This document shows positions 18,701 to 25,904 of a DNA stretch of 64,000 nt, one piece after another. The notes below the pieces were generated by a model. The model was given only the letters and a program-made list of their open reading frames with translations. It made no database searches and was not told where the DNA came from. Every line of letters starts with the position of its first letter. The first letter of the stretch is position 1. Position numbers and translations under genes: made by a program. Source of the DNA: Candidatus Woesebacteria bacterium (lineage in GTDB: Bacteria > Patescibacteriota > Microgenomatia > UBA8517); NCBI GenBank assembly GCA_963784785.1, contig CAWASW010000001.1, positions 9,312 through 73,311 of the forward strand. The letters run 5' to 3'.

Positions 18701-18966
18701 AAGTAATCGATGAATTAATTAAAAATAAATATAGTGCTTTCCCAATTTTGGTGCAAGAAAAAGAGACATCTGCAACAGCTCTCGAAAGAAGAGGCAAATA
18801 TGGAGCTAATATTTATGCTGATCCAGACGGAGAGATTTTAAATGAAGTTGTCATCTCTGGTTTGCCAACAACTTGGATAGTCAATAGATTTGGACAGGTT
18901 GTAAAAACAAAGGTAGGTGGAATATCCTTTCAGGAAGTGCTTGAAGTACTGAATAGTATAGATTAA
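18661..18966 (+). CDS. TlpA/thioredoxin-like (redoxin) C-terminal segment lacking the CxxC cysteines; joined to 17930..18700 through a frameshift at an A7 run near 18640
   Basis: GLPTTWIVNRFGQVVKTKVGGISFQEVLEVL matches the C-terminal end of TlpA/ResA redoxins. The position of WCPPC reads SSWHPST. One extra A in the ggAAAAAAAcag run fuses the frames (DIRGKKKTVVSLLSSWHPST...). Confidence 0.45.
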   Translation: MLSSWHPSTNDYLKVIDELIKNKYSAFPILVQEKETSATALERRGKYGANIYADPDGEILNEVVISGLPTTWIVNRFGQVVKTKVGGISFQEVLEVLNSID

Positions 18967-19064
18967 CAGATTGCTTCACTTTTGTTCGCAATGACACACA
19001 TAAAAGTATGTACTAAAAGTTATTGGCTTATCAAATTGGGAGTTAGTGCAAGAACAGTCAAACG

Positions 19065-19394
19065 CTATATCAAGTTAATTAATTTCTGGATTTCCTGCAT
19101 GTGTTTTTGAATTGTTTCTTGGTCACGAAAATTTTTTGAAAAATTAGCTAGCCATGGTAATGTTTTCAATATTGATTCTTTTGTTGGATTATCAAAATCT
19201 CCGTTAGTTTCCTCAAAAGCTTGGCTTATAATTTGGGTACAATACAGCCTATTGGAAGTTTCATCAACCTTTTCAGTTAAGTCTGATATCTCTGTTTGAT
19301 TACAATGGGCATCGTAGAAACAACTAACTAAAGCACCTTTTACCATTTCTGGAGTAATTTCTTTTGTTGTATCAATGCTGTAAATCAAACTCAT
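19065..19394 (-). CDS. Hypothetical protein (109 aa)
   Basis: ORF only; no motif recognised. Confidence 0.35.
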   Translation of the reverse strand: MSLIYSIDTTKEITPEMVKGALVSCFYDAHCNQTEISDLTEKVDETSNRLYCTQIISQAFEETNGDFDNPTKESILKTLPWLANFSKNFRDQETIQKHMQEIQKLINLI

Positions 19395-19440
19395 TAGTTT
19401 AATTGTACTACAAATAATGTATTATTAAATAATACTGCCC

Positions 19441-20937
19441 ATGTGGATAATATTTGCCTTAGAAAATTTATATTTTGCTTTAAATATCTTTGCTTCTCTT
19501 ACTTTTTTTTCAGTAGCTTGGCTTTACTTTGATGCGTGGAAGGCCTTGAGATCAAACAGAGAAATTTGGAAGATTGTAGCCTTTATTATTTTAGGAATAT
19601 CTTTTTTGTTTCGAGGAATGGACATGAGAGGTGTTGAAATTTTTCAAAGCTTAGATATTTACTTGAGAGCTTTAGGCTATATGCTGTTAGTTGTAGGTTT
19701 AGTTATAGATCCACTCCAACCTCGTCCTGAGGACGATCGGCCTTTGGCTGATAAAAATATGGCATTTGTTTTGATCGCTTTTCCTCCACTTTTTTTCTTG
19801 TCACCAGTATTAGCTGCAATAGTTGCAGTTCTGTATTTAAGACGGGCTAGTATTGGGCTTGAACGTCATATTTACCCACCTGCAATCTCTTTCTTTTCTC
19901 TATCTATTTATGAATTAACTTTTAGCTTAAATAGTTTTAGAGTTACTGATAATTTAAATTTATTTAATATTTTGGCTCCATTTGGGCCTATGTGGTTGGC
20001 CAATTTAGCATTTTTATTTTTAGCAATTTTATTTTTAGGAAGATGGGTTTTTAGATATTTACTAAAACAATTTCAGTCTCAACTTTTTATGGTTATGATG
20101 AGTTTGGTTTTGTCAGTTTATTTAATAGTTACAGTTAGTTTTACTGGTCTTCTTCTAAACAATTTAAAGACTCAGATACTACAAGAACTTACATCAGAAG
20201 CTAAAGTTTTGGAATTTGCATTTAATGCAAAAAAGAGTGAACTACTGTCACTAGCACAACTTCTTGCAAGGTCGGACCCTGCAGGTTTGGCAGGGTCCGA
20301 CCTTAACACGAGCTCTCACGATTCTTTAGTTGTTTTTGACAAAGATGGCCTTGTCACATATCGTGCTGAAGACACCGAGAGGAAAGGGGATTCGATTTCG
20401 GGGGATAATTTAGTCAAGCAAGTTTTGTCTGGCAAGGAAAATTCAAACATAGTAGTTAAAGAAGGAGTAACGGCTCCAACAGTAATGATAGTTTCAGGTG
20501 CTCCAATAATGGCAAACGGAGTAGTCAGTGGTGGCGTTATCGTCGGTGATTTGATTGATAACTCATATCTTGAGGGTTTTAGTAAGCTAACAGGACTTAA
20601 ATCTGCAGTCTATGGAAATAATATATTAAGTGCAGGTGGAACCGTTGGAATTACTGAAACTGATTCTAAGATAAAAGAGACGGTTTTAACAAAAGGTGAA
20701 ACCGTAGCTCTTGAAAATAGATGGTTAAATTATGCTTTCTTGTCTGTTTATTCGCCACTTAAAGACGTTGACGGAAACCCTGTAGGAATGTACTTTGTAG
20801 GTCGCCCTCAAGTAGAAGTTTTAAATCTTGCTAGTAAAACTTTGGAGTCGGTTTTCTTGGGTACAATCTTCTTGTTGTTATTATCGATGATACCTGCAAA
20901 GCTTATAGCAAATAGTATTACAAAACAAATTAAATGA
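19441..20937 (+). CDS. Polytopic membrane protein with C-terminal extracytoplasmic sensor-like domain and terminal TM, no output domain (truncated-sensor-like)
   Basis: Multiple N-terminal TM helices, a roughly 200-aa soluble region, then TM VFLGTIFLLLLSMIPAKLIA; ends just before a non-coding stretch and MITE-B. Confidence 0.5.
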   Translation: MWIIFALENLYFALNIFASLTFFSVAWLYFDAWKALRSNREIWKIVAFIILGISFLFRGMDMRGVEIFQSLDIYLRALGYMLLVVGLVIDPLQPRPEDDRPLADKNMAFVLIAFPPLFFLSPVLAAIVAVLYLRRASIGLERHIYPPAISFFSLSIYELTFSLNSFRVTDNLNLFNILAPFGPMWLANLAFLFLAILFLGRWVFRYLLKQFQSQLFMVMMSLVLSVYLIVTVSFTGLLLNNLKTQILQELTSEAKVLEFAFNAKKSELLSLAQLLARSDPAGLAGSDLNTSSHDSLVVFDKDGLVTYRAEDTERKGDSISGDNLVKQVLSGKENSNIVVKEGVTAPTVMIVSGAPIMANGVVSGGVIVGDLIDNSYLEGFSKLTGLKSAVYGNNILSAGGTVGITETDSKIKETVLTKGETVALENRWLNYAFLSVYSPLKDVDGNPVGMYFVGRPQVEVLNLASKTLESVFLGTIFLLLLSMIPAKLIANSITKQIK

Positions 20938-21043
20938 CGGACAAAATTATATTTAGTATAGGGATTTTTATTAGTTTGGTAATTGTGTGTACAAGTGGGT
21001 TTTTGTTTTATAAAACCCAAACAGTTAAAATTGCAAGTGACGA

Positions 21044-21064
21044 GTTACGAGTTACGAGTATTCA
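21044..21064. repeat. Heptanucleotide tandem repeat (ACGAGTT x3)
   Basis: acgagttacgagttacgagta read directly from the sequence. Confidence 0.6.
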
Positions 21065-21088
21065 AACCCCTGAACCGACGATGAAAGA

Positions 21089-21281
21089 TACCGTTGCATA
21101 AACGGTCACTTGTTTAGCCTTAAATGATTTGTTGTTTTTCGTTAAAATAATAACACTTTCGTCCGATTACTCGGACAATGCTGAAATTGGTTGTAGAAGC
21201 GTTTACTTAGTGAAACTACCTTTTTAGGCCGAAAGTATAGTAAAATCAGTGTGTTTTAGGAGACCGAAATGTAACGGTCTC
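21089..21281 (+). mobile_element. MITE copy B, flanked by a 9-bp TSD ACGATGAAA
   Basis: Exact reverse complement of 17748..17942; ACGATGAAA is present on both sides. Confidence 0.65.
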
Positions 21282-21284
21282 ACG

Positions 21285-21539
21285 ATGAAACCACAGCCAC
21301 AGATAGATTACAAAAACATTGAAATAGAAGTATTAAATGGGTCGGGAATAAGTGGGCAGGCAAAAATATTTGCTAATAAATTAGAAAAACTTGGCTACAC
21401 AAAAGTTTCAACTGGTAATTATAAAGAAATAGTTGATCGTGGTTTATTGCTTGCTCCAACTGACTTCGGTAAAGAAATTAACATGGTTGATTACATCTAT
21501 CAAAAAGATGAAAAGACAAAAATAATAATTTCAAAATGA
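21285..21539 (+). CDS. LytR_C-like (LCP C-terminal) small domain protein
   Basis: IEIEVLNGSGISGQAKIFANKLEKLGYTKVSTGNY matches the LytR C-terminal domain signature (V.NGtg..GlA..vA..L...Gf.v...gNa). ATG at 21285 lies in the MITE TSD; the ORF-track start at 21249 is inside the MITE. Confidence 0.45.
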   Translation: MKPQPQIDYKNIEIEVLNGSGISGQAKIFANKLEKLGYTKVSTGNYKEIVDRGLLLAPTDFGKEINMVDYIYQKDEKTKIIISK

Positions 21540-21628
21540 AAAACTTTTCTTTATCTAACAAAGTTGTTAGTATGTGCTAAGTTTAGTTTGGTATTTACAT
21601 TTGACGAATCAGTTGCTAAATTATAATT

Positions 21629-21935
21629 ATGTCAACCAAAGTTCTAATTACAGAAGATGATCCTTTGATGAGTAGAATGTATCAAAAGATTTTTACTTTT
21701 GAGGGTTATGAAGTAATTATGGCAGGGAACGGTGAAGAAGGCCTTGAAAAAGCTAAGCTCGAAAAACCTACAATAATTCTTCTTGATGTCATGATGCCAA
21801 AAATGAATGGGTTACAGATGCTTGAGAAACTCAAGCTTGATCCAGATACCAAAAAAATTCCTGTAATTATGCTTACTAATTTGGCTGGCGAAAAAGATGC
21901 AGAAAATGCAATGAGTAAAGGTGCAGTAAAATATA
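21629..21935 (+). pseudogene. CheY-like single-domain response regulator truncated by IS insertion; the displaced 3' end lies at 23067..23169
   Basis: REC domain motifs (ITEDD, ILLDVMMPKMNG, IPVIMLTN, K in AMSKGAVKY) end at the IS boundary. After the IS, the duplicated 8 bp continues the original frame: ...AVKYIVKSEFEPKQIVDMVKEILAGYTRDSIPETK*. Confidence 0.65.
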
Positions 21936-21963
21936 GGCTTAATGGAACTAATGTGTTGTTTTT

Positions 21964-22491
21964 CTAATCCTGTTTTGTTTTATTATCGGCCTTCATTTTT
22001 TCAAAGTTGTAATAATATACAAACCATTTAAGGTAACTTTCCCAACGAGTCTTTTTAAGGCCTTTATGTCTTAACCATCTTTGTCCTATATGCCCAAATG
22101 TAGCTTCAATTTCATTTGTTGTTTTTGGCATAGTTGGGTGGTCTAAAAACTTGAATGAGGTTTTTGGAAGTTTAATTAGGATCCTGACAGCTTTTCTCAC
22201 ACCTTTATGAATATACCAACTGTGGCCAGAATCATCTGTCCTCATCTCTTTCAGAAAGAAGAAATTAGCCTTAACCCAATCTTTTAAGATTGTTTCCCAG
22301 TATTTCAAAGCTTCATGACTTTCTATGAACCAAATGTGGTTTGCAATTTTTATTAATTCTTCAATTCTTCTATCTTTTGAGTGTCTACCAAGTGCATTTA
22401 CAATATCTCTATGCATATGAGCAAGACATATCTGATGTGGAGAGTGGGGGATACACTTCATCAACCGCAGAACAAATGGCAGTTCCTCCAT
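21964..22491 (-). CDS. Transposase C-terminal part (+1 frame relative to 22409..22987; junction at a C5 run)
   Basis: HQICLAHMHRDIVNAL continues the alignment with the 24752 transposase (VWQLCQNHYKHNL). Frames fuse if the C-run in tatCCCCCactc is one shorter. Confidence 0.6.
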   Translation of the reverse strand: MEELPFVLRLMKCIPHSPHQICLAHMHRDIVNALGRHSKDRRIEELIKIANHIWFIESHEALKYWETILKDWVKANFFFLKEMRTDDSGHSWYIHKGVRKAVRILIKLPKTSFKFLDHPTMPKTTNEIEATFGHIGQRWLRHKGLKKTRWESYLKWFVYYYNFEKMKADNKTKQD

Positions 22492-22987
22492 CTGTTACAG
22501 AGCCTGAAAATGTGTATTTTAATTCCTCCTTTATGAACCTCAAATCCTTAACTATTTTTGTTGAAGCCTCTCTACCAGCAATAGATACATGCAAAAGGTA
22601 CAAAGTTCCACTTTGTCTATACAGCATCAAGACAAACCATCTTCCAAACCAAAGCCCATCAATCAAAAGATATGCAGTATCAATTCTTCCAGACAAAGTT
22701 TGATCAAATCTAGGAAGTTTTGGAGGATCAAGAAGCAATAACTTATGAAATTCACCCTCCAAATATCTTACAGACAAACCTGAGACAGAAGACAGCATTT
22801 CATATGTCAAACCCCACAAAATATACTGTCTGAAAAGATCAACTACTTTAAAATCTTTCTTTTTATTGTGGTAAATTCTTGAAGTTTTACAAACTTTACA
22901 AAACCATCTTTTCTTTCCAGTTCCAGTCTTTCCCCACAGAAACATTTTACTATTACAGGATATGCACAAAAGTGTTCTTTGACCCAT
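22409..22987 (-). CDS. Transposase N-terminal part (C4 zinc finger, HTH, start of DDE domain)
   Basis: CISCNSKMFLWGKTGTGKKRWFCKVCKTS zinc finger; LLIDGLWFGRWFVLMLYRQSGTLYLLHVSIAGRE aligns with LLVDGKYVKVKGYDRKIPVIYGIDYLTHDIVHFVFGPSE of the 24752 transposase. Confidence 0.65.
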   Translation of the reverse strand: MGQRTLLCISCNSKMFLWGKTGTGKKRWFCKVCKTSRIYHNKKKDFKVVDLFRQYILWGLTYEMLSSVSGLSVRYLEGEFHKLLLLDPPKLPRFDQTLSGRIDTAYLLIDGLWFGRWFVLMLYRQSGTLYLLHVSIAGREASTKIVKDLRFIKEELKYTFSGSVTDGGTAICSAVDEVYPPLSTSDMSCSYA

Positions 22988-23193
22988 TGAATACTATTCA
23001 AACTCAAAATGAGGCGTATTATCAACTATATCTTTCTGTTATATCAACACACTATGCTATTAAGCCAAAATATATTGTAAAGTCTGAATTTGAGCCAAAA
23101 CAAATTGTAGATATGGTTAAAGAAATCTTAGCAGGTTACACAAGAGACTCAATTCCTGAAACAAAGTAATATTTTAACATCGTACGTACTCCA

Positions 23194-23805
23194 TCAAAAT
23201 ATCACATTAAAATAGTCATAGGTTAGTCCTGTTCTACCAGTCCAGTTGGTAGCAAAATCTGAAGCTCCTTTTGAATACCTATAAGCACCAGTCGATAATT
23301 CTTTTTGTATAAACCAGGCGCCGTCTTTATTCACGAATCCGTAATAAACATCAATACCTGAATCGTCAATTTCAGTAATATTGTAGCCGTCTGTAGGTTT
23401 CTTTTCCGATGGGTCTATGAGGACACCTGTGCTATTTTTAACTGATATAGATCCAGGACCGGGCATGCTACCAAAAAAAGAAGCTTCAGCTTTTCTGGTA
23501 AATACTGTCATCAAGAATAACGAACCTCCAGCAGCACCAATTAGTTTTAAAAATTTACGTCGTTCAGGATCGTAGTCCGTATTTTCAATTTTCTTGATAT
23601 TATCAGGAATTATGTCCAACACTGGCTCAAAACTCAAAGTTTTTGCTTTTCTTGGAATTATTAATGTTGCAAAATAAAAGGCAAGAGGAGTAAATATTAT
23701 CGCAGTGATCAACTCTGGTACGCTGGAAGCAGATAAAATTCCTGTTACCGCCATAAAAGAGGTAACTACAAATGCATAAAAGGTAATTATTTTTCGTATA
23801 ATCAT
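23194..23805 (-). CDS. Protein with an internal canonical twin-arginine signal; likely a Tat substrate whose true start is an internal TTG near 23630
   Basis: DPERRKFLKLIGAAGGSLFLMTVFTRKAEA|SFFG gives SRRxFLK, an h-region and an AxA site. Upstream of it the ORF encodes two TM helices that may be a separate small ORF. Confidence 0.45.
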   Translation of the reverse strand: MIIRKIITFYAFVVTSFMAVTGILSASSVPELITAIIFTPLAFYFATLIIPRKAKTLSFEPVLDIIPDNIKKIENTDYDPERRKFLKLIGAAGGSLFLMTVFTRKAEASFFGSMPGPGSISVKNSTGVLIDPSEKKPTDGYNITEIDDSGIDVYYGFVNKDGAWFIQKELSTGAYRYSKGASDFATNWTGRTGLTYDYFNVIF

Positions 23806-24005
23806 AATATTTTGTTTAACGAAACCAAAGACAATATTAGTATCACACTTGCAAAATAAAATAGTAATTTTTTATTTTTTGCAAGATTGAATTCGTTTGA
23901 ATTTGTTAGAAGAGTTGCAACCAAATACGCTGTTATCGGCAAAAAAAGATATGAATTTATTGAAATAAACGCTGAAACTAATATCAAAAATAATAAATAA
24001 ATCAT
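23802..24005 (-). CDS. Small membrane protein (67 aa)
   Basis: Two hydrophobic helices; weak. Confidence 0.3.
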   Translation of the reverse strand: MIYLLFLILVSAFISINSYLFLPITAYLVATLLTNSNEFNLAKNKKLLFYFASVILILSLVSLNKIL

Positions 24006-24271
24006 GGTAATGGTGTAGCTAATAATAACCCATTTGATTCAATAGATTCTCTTAACGCTCTAATTTCAGCCCGTATAAGTAATAGTTCAGGCTGAGAATT
24101 TGGTAAAGCTGTGGAAGTTGCACCAGGCATTGGTGTTTTGACTAATTGAGTAATAATGGTAGTTGGCTTTTCGGTAGTTTTACTTACTTTAGAAATTATA
24201 ATAATGGAGAATGCCATATTTAAAATACATAAAAAGAAAATAATAACTAAAACTCTAGAGTACTTTTCCAT
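24002..24271 (-). CDS. Small membrane-anchored protein (89 aa)
   Basis: N-terminal TM; weak. Confidence 0.3.
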   Translation of the reverse strand: MEKYSRVLVIIFFLCILNMAFSIIIISKVSKTTEKPTTIITQLVKTPMPGATSTALPNSQPELLLIRAEIRALRESIESNGLLLATPLP

Positions 24272-24323
24272 AATATAAATATTACCACTTTACAAAGAGA
24301 TTAAAATTATGTAAATTACCAAT

Positions 24324-24668
24324 ATGGTCAAAGGAAAGGCAGCTAAAAAAATTAACAAAACAGTAAAGGTGTCTAACATTTTAGAGGCATTTAATGTAGA
24401 GATGATTAATGATCAAATAGTTGAATTAAGAGCAGATATGTCTCGATGTGTAAATGAGTCTATTTCCGTTTCCATATTATCTTTGTTGTTATTTATTGGT
24501 TCGCCTTCAGTTTTTCCTGAAATAATTAACCCTTATCTGCCATCTTCTTTAAAGATAATGCAGGCATTTGTTGCAATTCCTGTAATATTTTGGGTAATAA
24601 CAAGTTTGGGCAATATGGTTCGTTATTTTAAGATACTAAAACTTAAAGATTCCGCTTCCTTACGTTAA
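24324..24668 (+). CDS. Hypothetical membrane protein (114 aa)
   Basis: Two TM segments; weak. Confidence 0.3.
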   Translation: MVKGKAAKKINKTVKVSNILEAFNVEMINDQIVELRADMSRCVNESISVSILSLLLFIGSPSVFPEIINPYLPSSLKIMQAFVAIPVIFWVITSLGNMVRYFKILKLKDSASLR

Positions 24669-24733
24669 TTCAAAGTTGTTTAGTCCTAAAAAGATAGTAT
24701 GATTAATACATGCTCTCTATTAGAACAAAAGTA

Positions 24734-25904
24734 GATACCGTTCATAAACGGTCACTTGATAAGCTTCAGAACGTCTTCAATTTTGTAATTGTCTTTTAAA
24801 GTTTGTTGTAACGATGATTTTCCATTTAGTTTTTTAAATTGTTTGGTGCAGTCTGTAAATGGTTTTAATCGCCTTTTTAAAAAATAAGCATTGAGCCAGA
24901 GTTTCGCTGTTTTGTAGTTTTGAAAACCTTTGATTGTTTTAAGCCTGCCTTGAAGATGTGAGTTGAAACTTTCGATTAAGTTGTTTGTTCTTGGAATGTG
25001 AGGCATCTTTGTATATGCAAAAAGATCAGCTGATCTTTTTGCAATATCAAGCATAACTTTTTTGCATAAATCATCTTTGGTTGCATATTTGTTGTATATT
25101 TTTGAAGCTCTACTTTTAAAATCTTCAGTTGATATTTTGTTTGAAAATAATGTTTCAATTTCATTCATAAAAGGTCTGTAAGTTGGGTCATTGTTTAAAT
25201 TTAAAGTTGTTCTTAAATTGTGTTTGTAGTGGTTTTGGCACAGTTGCCAGACTGCAGTGGGATAAACACTTAAACACGCCTGTGGCGTGTTCTGGTTGTC
25301 ATCTGAAATAATTGCTTGAAGTGGATAATTTGCAAGCTTTAGTGAAGAGAAAAACTTAAGAAGTAAGCTGTAATTTTCTGAAGGTCCAAAGACAAAATGG
25401 ACTATATCATGTGTAAGGTAATCAATGCCATAAATAACAGGGATTTTTCTGTCATAGCCTTTGACTTTGACATATTTGCCATCAACTAAAAGTATCCCAC
25501 AAAACCTGTTGCAATAATTTCTTGTGATATCAATACAAAGTGGCAATCTTTCTAAAACTTCAAAGTAAGCTTCATATGATTTTCCAACTGATATTTTTAA
25601 ATCATCTGCAATTGTTCTAAAAGATAAACCTGACATGTGAGATAACAACAACTTTGAAGAATTTAACTTCTTAGCTCTATTTATTTGAAAATAGCAACCA
25701 CAATCTTTGCAAAAATACTTTAATTTCCCACGTCTAACACCTTTTTTAATTACATCTTTTGAAGAACATCTAGGACAACTATAAACTCTTTTTTCATGCC
25801 TGAATGATACCAGAATTAAGAAAGCTTCACATAGTCAAAACACCAACTTGGATGGAATTATAGGGATTAACTACCAAAATAAGTGACCAAAAATGAACGG
25901 TCTC
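24734..25904 (-). mobile_element. IS element (about 1171 bp) of the same zinc-finger/DDE family; parent of the 195-bp MITE; 24-bp imperfect TIRs; 9-bp TSD ACAAAAGTA
   Basis: Left end GATACCGTTCATAAACGGTCACTTG (24734-24758) against right end AAGTGACCAAAAATGAACGGTCTC (25881-25904). ACAAAAGTA is directly repeated at 24725-24733 and 25905-25913. MITE termini match these ends. Confidence 0.65.
24752..25797 (-). CDS. Transposase (zinc finger + HTH + DDE, about 349 aa), needs a +1 A in an A6 tract directly after the ATG
   Basis: The frame upstream of the track ORF encodes (K)RVYSCPRCSSKDVIKKGVRRGKLKYFCKDCGCYFQINRAKK... The only ATG (25795-25797) sits one frame off: atgAAAAAAgag. Seven A's would give MKKRVYSCPRC... 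Confidence 0.55.

Larger units (their letters stand above)
21936..23066 (-). mobile_element. IS element, copy A (1131 bp; zinc-finger + DDE transposase, IS1/IS1595-like; about 23-bp imperfect TIRs GGCTTAAT...TGTGTTG; 8-bp TSD AAAATATA)
   Basis: 100% identical to 49110..50240. Both ends carry inverted GGCTTAAT(n7)TGTGTTG. AAAATATA is directly repeated at both junctions. Interior: transposase in two overlapping frames. Confidence 0.75.

Noticed and set aside
17748-21281. Interpreting the two MITE copies plus the enclosed 3.1 kb as a single composite transposon
   Set aside because: Each copy has its own matching 9-bp direct repeat, and the outer flanks do not match each other. That indicates two independent insertions, not one composite transposition event.
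22341-23025. + strand ORFs 22341..22703 and 22879..23169 (and their twins in copy B) as genes
   Set aside because: The first is antisense to the transposase. The second is real coding sequence only in its last roughly 33 codons, which are the displaced 3' end of the interrupted response regulator. The rest is IS-internal read-through.
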